A stretch of DNA of 11,916 nucleotides from Calothrix sp. MO_167.B12 (GCA_030066045.1 JASJCJ010000244.1:1-11916); one strand, 5' to 3'. Positions 1 to 7,529 are shown, numbered from the stretch's first letter. A program made the numbers and translations. The notes: generated by a model from the sequence alone, not told the origin.

Positions 1-270
1 TACACATCTCAAGTTTGTCCTCAATGCAATGCCCACACTGGAAAAAAACAGTTAAAAGACAGGATTCATTTTTGTCAGTCATGCGGCTACACAACACATC
101 GAGATGTAGCAGCAGCACAAGTGATTCGCAATCGAGGGGTCAACGCGCTGGGACGCAGCGTGGAGCAAATTGCCTGTGGAGACGTTCTGACGGGGACTGG
201 TGACAGTCTAGTTAAGAGTCTAAGAAGCAGGAAAAAGGATGCACAGGTACGGATTTATCCTGCCTGGTAA
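1..270 (+). CDS. tnpB: 3' fragment of an IS200/IS605-family TnpB (OrfB) RNA-guided nuclease: C-terminal RuvC-III/zinc-finger region; gene continues upstream of the window
   Basis: Frame-1 translation YTSQVCPQCNAHTGKKQLKDRIHFCQSCGYTTHRDVAAAQVIRNRG... shows the CxxC...CxxC zinc finger and the HxD-x-AA RuvC-III motif typical of TnpB C-termini. Stop TAA at 268-270. The ORF is open to position 1. Confidence 0.75.
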   Translation, partial: YTSQVCPQCNAHTGKKQLKDRIHFCQSCGYTTHRDVAAAQVIRNRGVNALGRSVEQIACGDVLTGTGDSLVKSLRSRKKDAQVRIYPAW

Positions 271-420
271 TATCCTTTGAGAATCCCTGCGGATTTATCC
301 CAGGGAGTACGTCAATAATCAATGACTGTACATTAACCGGAATATTGCAGGTATCTTTTGTAGTCCCATGATGAGATAGTTTAAATTATGTATAGCTGCA
401 TACATCCATATAGCCTTTAA
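1..420 (+). mobile_element. Right end of an IS200/IS605-family element (tnpB 3' end plus subterminal structured region, candidate omega-RNA scaffold)
   Basis: TnpB C-terminus followed by an 11-nt direct repeat cggatttatcc (250-260 and 290-300) and a palindrome tatgtatagctgcatacat (~388-406). Subterminal hairpins downstream of tnpB are characteristic of IS605 right ends. Confidence 0.5.
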
Positions 421-1524
421 TTGATTGCACAAAAGAGATATTTGATTGTTATGAAATCTGTTACATCGATCTTTCCTGCACCAAAATCTCACTCTAATGG
501 TTCAAAACTAGATTTGATTAAACAGAGTATTGCTAATAAAGCAATGCCAATTTTATTGGTTTTATTATTACTAACTACTACAGCTTGTGGTGGTCAGAAT
601 TCTAAAATTAATAAATTAGAATCTGAGAAAAATGTAACTGAATTAGTATCTTTACTACAAAAGCAAGATTCTCTATCGCCACAGGCTGCTGAAGCACTGG
701 GTAATATTGGAGATAAGCAAGCTGTACAACCATTAATTACAGCTCTCGGTAATGAGGATAAAGCTATTCGTGAAAATGCGACTACAGCTTTAGGAAAAAT
801 TAAAGATACCCGTGCAGTCAAACCATTACTTACAACTTTAAAAGACAAAGTACCTAAAGTTAGAAATGCAGCCCAAACAGCATTAGCAGAAATTGCTAAA
901 ACTGATTCCAAGGTACTACAATCTTTAATGCCAGGATTGAAACAAATGAATCTTCCTTTGAGGGGAGTATTTACCAAAATTGGTACTCCGGCTGTGAATC
1001 CATTAATCAATGCACTCAAAGATAGTAATCCTGTGATGCGTTTAAATGCTGCTGCTATCTTAGGAAATATTGGCGATCGTAAAGCAATTGAACCCCTAAA
1101 ACAGAATTTAACTGATTGGTATTCCAACAAGTTTGTAGGACAAGCTTTAACAAAATTAAATTGGGAACCACAATCAGACGAGGATAAAATTCATTTCTTA
1201 GTTGCTCAGAAAAAAGGTGAGGAATTAAGACAAGATTGGGACATAACCAAAAAAGTTTTACTCCAAGATATTCAGTCAAAAAACTATCGCCAAATTCAAA
1301 ATGGTCTCTATGCATTTATTAATATTGGCGACAAAGATATTGTCAATGAACTAGTGAAAATTCTCGATACCAAAGGAAATAAAACTATGGCATTGGCTTA
1401 TCTAAATAGCCGTGAAGAGAACTTAGAAAATGCAGCGAGAAAATGGGCAAAACAACGTGGTTTTAGAATTGTAAAAGCGAAGAAAAACCAAACTGTACAA
1501 CCAGTAAAATGGGGTTCTTGGTAA
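421..1524 (+). CDS. HEAT-repeat protein (PBS lyase HEAT-like repeats), probably secreted or lipoprotein. ATG starts at 451 or 544 are more likely than the TTG at 421
   Basis: Repeated AxxALGxIGDxxAVxPLIxALxD modules (AAEALGNIGDKQAVQPLITALGNED, ATTALGKIKDTRAVKPLLTTLKD, AAAILGNIGDRKAIEPL). Hydrophobic MPILLVLLLLTTTACGG segment consistent with a signal peptide and lipobox-like Cys. Confidence 0.8.
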   Translation: MIAQKRYLIVMKSVTSIFPAPKSHSNGSKLDLIKQSIANKAMPILLVLLLLTTTACGGQNSKINKLESEKNVTELVSLLQKQDSLSPQAAEALGNIGDKQAVQPLITALGNEDKAIRENATTALGKIKDTRAVKPLLTTLKDKVPKVRNAAQTALAEIAKTDSKVLQSLMPGLKQMNLPLRGVFTKIGTPAVNPLINALKDSNPVMRLNAAAILGNIGDRKAIEPLKQNLTDWYSNKFVGQALTKLNWEPQSDEDKIHFLVAQKKGEELRQDWDITKKVLLQDIQSKNYRQIQNGLYAFINIGDKDIVNELVKILDTKGNKTMALAYLNSREENLENAARKWAKQRGFRIVKAKKNQTVQPVKWGSW

Positions 1525-1574
1525 ACTGAATACAAGTAAACATATTATTGTGAGTTATAGCTATAGCCAGCCAA

Positions 1575-1643
1575 GTTAGGACGTTTTTCAGTTGACAGTT
1601 GACAGTTGACAGTCCTTGAGTCGAATAATACTGTCCTAACCAA
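1575..1643. repeat. Small inverted-repeat-flanked element (gttaggac ... gtcctaac) enclosing a tandem heptamer (gttgaca)x3
   Basis: 8-bp perfect terminal inverted repeat at 1575-1582 and 1636-1643. Three overlapping TTGACA heptamer units at 1592-1612. Confidence 0.4.
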
Positions 1644-1734
1644 TATGTCCATTGCTATACATTACCATCCCCCCTTGGGAGCATCACCACAAATATAGTG
1701 TTTTTTGCTTGAGTCAGTTCAGATACACAATCAA

Positions 1735-1975
1735 ACCTCATCCCAGCTAAAGCCACCCCTCTCCTTAATAAAGCCACTATGTACACACAAACTATCGAAT
1801 TTCCAATAGTAAGAAAGCAAACCTCACCCTGACAAAAGCATACATCCCTCTCCTTAATAAGGAGAGGGAAAGATTTTTGCATCGCAAAAAGCGAGGGTGA
1901 GGTAATAATTTCATCGATTGGAGAGATGTGTACAACACGGTAGCCTTAATAAGGAGAGAGATTGAGGGTGAGGTC
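1735..1975. repeat. Cluster of nested palindromic short repeats (cyanobacterial dispersed-repeat / MITE-like)
   Basis: Motif (c)cctctccttaataa at 1756-1771, 1846-1860 and partially 1944-1954. The copy at 1846-1868 forms a perfect 10-bp stem (ccctctcctt/aaggagaggg) with a 3-nt loop. Nested hairpin tttttgcatcgcaaaaa (1874-1890). Outer inverted repeat cctcaccctg (1822-1831) / gagggtgagg (1893-1902), plus a third gagggtgagg at 1964-1973. Confidence 0.5.
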
Positions 1976-2167
1976 TTATCTTAGATTTAATTACGCCACC
2001 TACTTACCCGTAATAAATGTGAAATTAGTCTGAAATAAATTATTAGACTAATTAATCAAAAAATGTTTGGTGTGGATAAGTCAAATTATCCATTAAAATA
2101 CTTAATTTTTAGTTTTGTTTATTCTACTAAATTGCTAAAATAAAATTAGAGAATTGGTGGTAAAATC

Positions 2168-2752
2168 ATGTTGAATACAAACATAAGTTCTCTAACTAAA
2201 AAAAATTGGATCATCAAATTGGCTTTTTCCCTAGGAATTGCCGGTATCAGTCTCCTGATGAGTTTTCCTGTCTTAGCCAAATACTATCCACGCTACGCTC
2301 TTTTTCAACCCAGTGCCTATACAAGATATCCCTATCGGAGTTCTGAGAGTAATATTGCAAATACCCTTGTTGAAGATAGTAAATTTAGCAATTTTGTTTA
2401 TGAATTGAAAACAGTAGGTCTTCTCAAAGAACTCCAAAAGAAGGGTAATTTCACAGTTTTTGCTCCAACTAATAATGCTTTTAATGCTTTACCTGAAGAT
2501 GTATTTCAACGATATAGCCAAACAGAAAAACGCATCCGAGTGCTAAAGTATCATTTAGTTGCTGGAGAAATTACTCCTAAACAGGTAGATAGCGGCTCAA
2601 TCACAACCTTTGAAGGTAATAAGGTGAAAATAATTGTGAATGACGATAGTTCTGTAAAGATAAATGATGCTAACGGCAAACATCCTTCTACCCTCACGAA
2701 AAATGGTGTGATTATTGAAATTAACAAGGTGCTTCTTTACCCTGGGTTCTAA
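2168..2752 (+). CDS. Fasciclin (FAS1) domain protein with an N-terminal signal/anchor
   Basis: NFTVFAPTNNAFNALPEDV ... LKYHLVAGEI ... TTFEGNKVKI ... NGVIIEINKVLL matches the conserved FAS1 H1/H2 motifs (TVFAPTNxAF...LP; NGVIHxIDxVLLP). N-terminal hydrophobic stretch IIKLAFSLGIAGISLLMSFPVLA. Confidence 0.85.
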   Translation: MLNTNISSLTKKNWIIKLAFSLGIAGISLLMSFPVLAKYYPRYALFQPSAYTRYPYRSSESNIANTLVEDSKFSNFVYELKTVGLLKELQKKGNFTVFAPTNNAFNALPEDVFQRYSQTEKRIRVLKYHLVAGEITPKQVDSGSITTFEGNKVKIIVNDDSSVKINDANGKHPSTLTKNGVIIEINKVLLYPGF

Positions 2753-2928
2753 TCTTGATGTCTATTTTCAAAACCAATTTGACCGGAAGCATCCCCAATG
2801 TTTAAATTTGTAGTGCGGGCCCCAATGTCAAAGGGAGCATTAAACTAGCATCCAAAAGCCAATCACAACAGCCAGACAGCGTAATTGAGCAGGAGATACC
2901 CCAGACGCAGCCCAATTTCTCAGAAGGG

Positions 2929-3114
2929 ATGGACGGAATAATTAGGAAAGCGGCAGAAATCAAAGCACAGGGCTTGGCGATGCCAGATTTGGTAACACTG
3001 CAATTGGCAGGGCAGATGACCTTTGATGATTTACCAGATGACTTAAAAGAGAAAGTTACCGCAGTAAAGGAAGCAGCCAGTACAAAGATGATTGTCCAAC
3101 TTGGGAGGGGGTGA
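2929..3114 (+). CDS. Small hypothetical protein (61 aa) in a locally GC-richer island. Coding status is uncertain
   Basis: ORF MDGIIRKAAEIKAQGLAMPDLVTLQLAGQMTFDDLPDDLKEKVTAVKEAAS... has helical, non-repetitive composition. The frame is open from 2806 with no earlier ATG. The overlapping minus-strand ORF (2802-3140) looks like low-complexity junk. Confidence 0.25.
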   Translation: MDGIIRKAAEIKAQGLAMPDLVTLQLAGQMTFDDLPDDLKEKVTAVKEAASTKMIVQLGRG

Positions 3115-3367
3115 AGAGCACTCAAGATTCTGCCAAACAACAGAAACTAGGGGTTTGGGGTGGAAATCATCAGGAACCTTGGGCTTATAGAAAGGAGAAG
3201 AGGAGTAAGTGATGAAAGCTTTTGTGTACTCTTAGGAGCGAAGTGATCGAAAATTTGCGAGCTACTGAATGTCAATCAAAAAAATACATTGCTACACTGG
3301 AGGGTATAGTTCCGTAATTTTTACTATGACTTTATCGCAATTCAGTGTATAAATTGTATTAAAAAAC

Positions 3368-3570
3368 ATGAGTTTATCTGGTCAGCAGCGTAAAAGACTA
3401 CAAGATTTACAAGACAACATTGCCAAAGACGAAAAATTGCTCAAGGATTTTGAGGATGCATTGCGCTACGAGAAAGACCCTCGTGTCATAGCAGGATATC
3501 GCCGGGAGATTGAGCGACAGAGAGAGTCAATCACTCGCTACGAATCCGAAATGCGAGAACTACAACAAAA
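3368..3570 (+). other. Copy 1 of the shared N-terminal coiled-coil module (domain-level annotation)
   Basis: 3423-3531 is ~95% identical at nucleotide level to 8090-8198. Confidence 0.7.
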
Positions 3571-4255
3571 ATTGACAAGGGAACCATCTACTCAAATGCG
3601 AATGCAGGAGTTGGATGACAATACTAAACCTCTGTATGTTCTCTCAATACCCGTTACGAATCATAAAGAAGAGGAAAATCAAGATACAAAAATTAACTAT
3701 CCAATTGATAGCAAAGACAAGACACAACACTCGTCAAATCCTACAGATACTGAAGTAGAAACATATATCGAAAGAGGTATTGACTATACTCAACTACAAG
3801 AGTATATATCATCAGGTAAATGGAAGAAAGCTGACCAGGAAACAACTAGAGTTATGCTTGAAGTAGCTAACAGGCAAGAAGAAGGTTGGCTACGAAGTAA
3901 GGATATTGAACAGTTATCCTGCTCAGAACTCTGCAGAATAGACCAACTCTGGGTTAAATACAGCAACGGTCGGTTTGGTTTTAGTGTGCAAAGGCATATC
4001 TGGCTTAGCCTTGGTGGTCAACCAGGTAAATTCAATTTCACTGTCTTCTGTAAGTTTGGCAATCGCGTAGGTTGGCGAGTTAACAATGACTGGTTAGAAC
4101 AATACGATCAATTCACCTTTGCCTCTGATGCTCCAAAGGGACATCTCCCATCTTTGAGATTACCAGGTTCGGAGAAGGAAGCTAATTGGTGGGATTTGTG
4201 GCAGAAAAGCTTCAGAGGCTTGTTGCTTCGCATGGAAGATTGCTCATTAAGTTAA
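3368..4255 (+). CDS. Two-domain protein: N-terminal ~60-aa coiled-coil module (shared with the 8048 and 8738 genes), S/T/D-rich linker, and a C-terminal GUN4 (tetrapyrrole-binding) domain
   Basis: C-terminal region WKKADQETTRVMLEVA...SCSELCRIDQLWVKYSNGRFGFSVQRHIWLSLGG...VGWRVNNDW...FASDAPKGHLPSL matches the GUN4 core signature (W..AD..T...L..........PC.DL..ID.LW...S.G.FGFSVQ..IW...GG...W.....W...L.F...AP.GHLP). N-terminal KDEKLLKDFEDALRYEKDPRVIAGYRREIERQRESI is repeated in neighbouring genes. Confidence 0.85.
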   Translation: MSLSGQQRKRLQDLQDNIAKDEKLLKDFEDALRYEKDPRVIAGYRREIERQRESITRYESEMRELQQKLTREPSTQMRMQELDDNTKPLYVLSIPVTNHKEEENQDTKINYPIDSKDKTQHSSNPTDTEVETYIERGIDYTQLQEYISSGKWKKADQETTRVMLEVANRQEEGWLRSKDIEQLSCSELCRIDQLWVKYSNGRFGFSVQRHIWLSLGGQPGKFNFTVFCKFGNRVGWRVNNDWLEQYDQFTFASDAPKGHLPSLRLPGSEKEANWWDLWQKSFRGLLLRMEDCSLS

Positions 4256-4580
4256 GTTTCAATCTCAGTAATAAATAAGCTAATTAAATATAAGCATAGT
4301 CATTATATACATATAACTGATATGTTTCAGGTGCATCTATGGCAAGTTTTACAAGTAAGTTCCGAGGATAGGGATCTGGCGGCAACAAAGCATAAAAACG
4401 TTGAAGTCACCACATAGATAGGATTTCCGCCTTAGATCAATTCGGGTGTTCGGGGAAGTGAAGTTTCAATAAGTATCTTAGGTTCACAAAAAATTGATAG
4501 AAAACACGGAATATTGTGGTTGACATTGGTAGATATAAGTAAGTAGGGATGCAATAAAAATAAATACATAACTAAATCCG

Positions 4581-7529
4581 ATGAAATACTTAACAGTTTA
4601 CTTAAGATTAGCTATATTAATAGGTTGTGGGACAATAAATGCTGCTTTCGCTACAGGAAATACCAAAGCACAAACATTAGTGGCACCACAAGCTTCAACA
4701 GTAGTATTCAGCGAAATTTCAACTACAGCTAAATCACTAAAGATTAACCAACAGAGTCTATCTCATCAAAGTATACAACTAATGGCAATTCCCCAGAGTC
4801 AACCTTATATATTGGCTCAAGCAAGTAAAGGTGGAGAGAATGGAATCATTTGGATAGTTTTGTTAAGTGGAGTTGCGATCGCAGGAATCACGATTGTTTG
4901 CCAGAAAGGGGTGATTGTGATTGGTAAGAACGAAGTTGGCATTGTCTACAAAAAATTTGCCCCTTTTCGCGGTTCTCTCCCTGCCGATAAACTGATTGCC
5001 CTGAATGGAGAAGCGGGTTATCAAGCTGATACTCTTTCATCTGGTTTGCATCTCTGGTATTGGTCCTGGATGTACCAAATTCGTAAGGAACCAGCGATTG
5101 ACATTCCCCATGGGGAAATTGGTCTTGTCATTGCTAAAGATGGGCAACCAATCCCCCGCCAACGAATGTTAGGTAAAGTGATTGATGAGTGTAAAGATTT
5201 TCAAGATGGACATGGGTTTTTAAAGCACGGGGGTCAAAAAGGTAAGCAAATGGCTATCCTGACTACAGGAAGCTACCGTATTAACACTGAATTATTTACT
5301 GTGATTACTGCCGCCAATGCCACTAAGCATGGAATGAAGCCCGAGCAATTGAAAGTATATAAAGTGGAACCTAACAAAGTTGGTATTGTTACTACATATG
5401 ATGGTAAGCCAATTGAAGGTGAAATTGCTGGTTCAATTATTCATGATAATGAAAACTTCGTAAATGGAGAGAAGTTTATTAATGGGGGTGGGCAACAAGG
5501 CTTACAAGAAGAGTTGCTTCCTGTAGGTGAATGGAACTTAAATCCCTGGTTTGTGCAGGTTAAGCAAGTACCAGTGACAGAAATTCCCAATGGCTATGTT
5601 GGAATTATTAAATCCTATGTGGGAAAAACTCCTGAAAAGATTACTGGCACTGCTTCTTATCAAGGTGATTTGGTTGAAGATGGGTACAAAGGGATTTGGA
5701 AAACTCCCCTACGACCTGGCAAGTATGCTATTAACACAGAGGTGCAAAAAATAGAGCAAATACCTACTGATAATATTGTGCTGAAATGGTCAAACCAAAC
5801 CCAGTCTAAATACTATAGACATCTGCCTGCATTGAAGGTGCAAGATCAAGATGGATTTAAATTTGATGTAGAGGTAACACAGTTCATTCGCGTGAATCCC
5901 GAAGATGCCCCCAAGATGCTTTGCAGTGTAGGTTCCATAGATCAGCTAATAGACGAAGTTTTAAAGCCAACGGTCAGCCATTACTTTCTCACTGCTGCCC
6001 AATATTATGAGGCACTGGAATTTCAGAATAATCGTACTGACTTACAAGAAAGCGCGAAACAGGCTATCAAAACAGCCCTCAGTATTCACAATGTTCAAGC
6101 AATTGACACGTTGATTGGTGAAATTGACTTGCCCGATAAGTTAACTGAACATTTGATACAACGCAAGATTGCTCAGCAGGAAAAGGAAAAACTGAAAGTG
6201 GAAACATCATTAGAAGAGGAACGCCAAAATCATATTATAGCCAAGGAGACGGCACAAACAAGGGTTGAGGTAACTAAACATCAACTGAAGAGGGAGATTT
6301 TTGAACTAAATCGTCAAGAGAAACTAAACCAACAAAAAGCACAACAAGAGTTGAAGCGGCTGGCTCGTGAATCTGAAATAGAGGCGCGTCGTAGGCAAGC
6401 AGAAGTAGATGCACTATCTAAGCGACTGATAAGTCAAGTGGATATAGAAGACCTTCGCAAGAGAAAAGAGATAGAAGCAGACTTGAAGCAACTCCTGGGA
6501 GAAGCTGATGTAGATGTACTTGCCAAGACGCTGGAAGTCCTCGGTTCAGAAACATACACAGATATAGAAAAGAGCAAGATATTGGCAGAGGCACTGGGCA
6601 ATATCAAGGTGCCATTGGTACCGCAGACAATAAATTCTTTTGGCACTAGTCCTTATGGATCAATGGATTTCTTACAAGCAAATCCCCTTGGGTTGATGGT
6701 AACGCAGTTATTGCAGCAAGTAAGTCAGCAAAATCCCAACCAGCAACTTAGCAGTTCACCGTCAACACCTGTACTTCCTCAAACCCAGGTTAATTGTCCC
6801 AAGTGTGGATCTAAAAATCCAGAAACCAACAATTTCTGTAATAAATGTGGCACTGGACTAAATCAGCAGCTTTTCACTCACTCTCTATCTGAACCACGTT
6901 GCCCAGTTGTACTGCTTCTCGATACATCCAGTTCTATGTCGAGTGAATGTATCAATCAATTAATTGAAGGGATCGTTACTTTTCAACAGGAGTTAATGCA
7001 AGATACTGTAGCTTCCCGTAGTATTGAAGTAGCTATGATAACATTCGGTGACTCTGCCCAGGTAGTCCAAGACTTTACAATTGTTGAAAGTTTATCACCA
7101 CCTAAGCTTGTAGCAAATGGTATAAGTGCTATGGGTCAGGGGATTGAATTAGCGCTCAACGAGCTGGAGAGTCGCAAAGTTACTTACAAAAACAATGGCA
7201 TTCAGGAGCATCCAGCTTGGATGTTCTTGGTTGCAGGTAGTACTCCTAGCGACAATTGGAAAAATGCAGCAAGAAGTCTCAGAGAAGCTTTTGACAATAG
7301 CAAATTAATTTTCTTTACAGCAGTGGCTGTTCAAGGTGCAAACATGGATATTCTCAATCACATTGCTCCCAGCGATCCACCAGTAATGCTTAATGAATTG
7401 AAGTTTCAGGAATTGTTCCACTGGCTAGCTGATTCTCTAAAGAGAGTTTCCAGTAGCAAAGTAGGTAGCAGTACTAAGCTTCCACCCATCACACAGTGGG
7501 CAAGGATAGATGGGCTTTATCGGCAATAA
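4581..7529 (+). CDS. Large membrane protein: flotillin/YqiK-like SPFH (band 7) domain + long coiled coil + C4 zinc ribbon + C-terminal TerY-like von Willebrand A (vWA) domain. Alternative start ATG at 4782
   Basis: TM helix IIWIVLLSGVAIAGITIV, then an extended SPFH-like region (GIVYKKFAPF...GLHLWYW...IPHGEIGLVIAKDG... through ...SVGSIDQLIDEVLKPTVSHYFLTAAQYYEALEF...). E/R/Q/K-rich heptad coiled coil (LEEERQNHIIAKETAQTRVEV...EIEARRRQAEVDALSKR). CPKCGSKNPETNNFCNKCG zinc ribbon (6795-6851). vWA with MIDAS motif VVLLLDTSSSM...ITFGDSAQVV...GISAMGQGIELA...MFLVAGSTPSD (6900-~7390). Confidence 0.85.
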   Translation: MKYLTVYLRLAILIGCGTINAAFATGNTKAQTLVAPQASTVVFSEISTTAKSLKINQQSLSHQSIQLMAIPQSQPYILAQASKGGENGIIWIVLLSGVAIAGITIVCQKGVIVIGKNEVGIVYKKFAPFRGSLPADKLIALNGEAGYQADTLSSGLHLWYWSWMYQIRKEPAIDIPHGEIGLVIAKDGQPIPRQRMLGKVIDECKDFQDGHGFLKHGGQKGKQMAILTTGSYRINTELFTVITAANATKHGMKPEQLKVYKVEPNKVGIVTTYDGKPIEGEIAGSIIHDNENFVNGEKFINGGGQQGLQEELLPVGEWNLNPWFVQVKQVPVTEIPNGYVGIIKSYVGKTPEKITGTASYQGDLVEDGYKGIWKTPLRPGKYAINTEVQKIEQIPTDNIVLKWSNQTQSKYYRHLPALKVQDQDGFKFDVEVTQFIRVNPEDAPKMLCSVGSIDQLIDEVLKPTVSHYFLTAAQYYEALEFQNNRTDLQESAKQAIKTALSIHNVQAIDTLIGEIDLPDKLTEHLIQRKIAQQEKEKLKVETSLEEERQNHIIAKETAQTRVEVTKHQLKREIFELNRQEKLNQQKAQQELKRLARESEIEARRRQAEVDALSKRLISQVDIEDLRKRKEIEADLKQLLGEADVDVLAKTLEVLGSETYTDIEKSKILAEALGNIKVPLVPQTINSFGTSPYGSMDFLQANPLGLMVTQLLQQVSQQNPNQQLSSSPSTPVLPQTQVNCPKCGSKNPETNNFCNKCGTGLNQQLFTHSLSEPRCPVVLLLDTSSSMSSECINQLIEGIVTFQQELMQDTVASRSIEVAMITFGDSAQVVQDFTIVESLSPPKLVANGISAMGQGIELALNELESRKVTYKNNGIQEHPAWMFLVAGSTPSDNWKNAARSLREAFDNSKLIFFTAVAVQGANMDILNHIAPSDPPVMLNELKFQELFHWLADSLKRVSSSKVGSSTKLPPITQWARIDGLYRQ
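4875..4882. repeat. HIP1 octamer GCGATCGC (cyanobacterial highly iterated palindrome)
   Basis: Exact GCGATCGC. A second exact copy lies at 11788-11795, and a 7/8 copy at 1074-1081. Confidence 0.6.
6900..7390 (+). other. vWA domain (TerY-like, intact MIDAS DxSxS) within the 982-aa protein
   Basis: LLLDTSSSM ... FGDSAQ ... AxGxTxxG-like GISAMGQG ... VAGSTPSD spacing typical of vWA folds, immediately preceded by a zinc ribbon as in TerY-family vWA proteins. Confidence 0.7.

Noticed and set aside
594-1315. Minus-strand ORFs of 178 aa (594-1130) and 86 aa (1055-1315) antisense to the HEAT-repeat gene
   Set aside because: They are fully embedded in a well-supported plus-strand gene. The translations are low-complexity with no motifs, typical antisense shadow ORFs of a repeat-containing gene.
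1592-1634. Triple TTGACA as a promoter for a downstream transcript
   Set aside because: No acceptable -10 hexamer at 16-18 nt spacing (best is aataat at 1624-1629, with 12 or 19 nt spacing). Treated as a repeat instead.
1655-1882. 75-aa minus-strand ORF
   Set aside because: It lies entirely within the palindromic repeat patch, and its open frame is explained by the repeats. The protein is Cys/Val-rich nonsense.
2929-3114. Possible Nif11/NHLP-type leader peptide (ribosomal natural-product precursor) ending in ...LGRG
   Set aside because: There is no core peptide after the Gly-Gly-like motif, because the ORF ends immediately. There is no adjacent maturation or transport gene, and sequence similarity to Nif11 leaders is poor.
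2802-3140. 112-aa minus-strand ORF
   Set aside because: Hydrophobic low-complexity translation. The plus-strand alternative looks more protein-like, though neither is certain.
4581-4781. N-terminal 67 aa of the 982-aa protein as a cleavable signal peptide plus pro-region
   Set aside because: Cannot be decided by eye. MKYLTVYLRLAILIGCGTINAAFA looks signal-like, but flotillin/YqiK proteins normally start just before the TM helix, so the ATG at 4782 is an equally plausible start. Kept as an annotation note rather than a finding.
6434-6646. 70-aa minus-strand ORF inside the coiled-coil region of the 982-aa gene
   Set aside because: Antisense to a biased E/R/K/Q-rich coding region, which gives a Ser-rich shadow frame.
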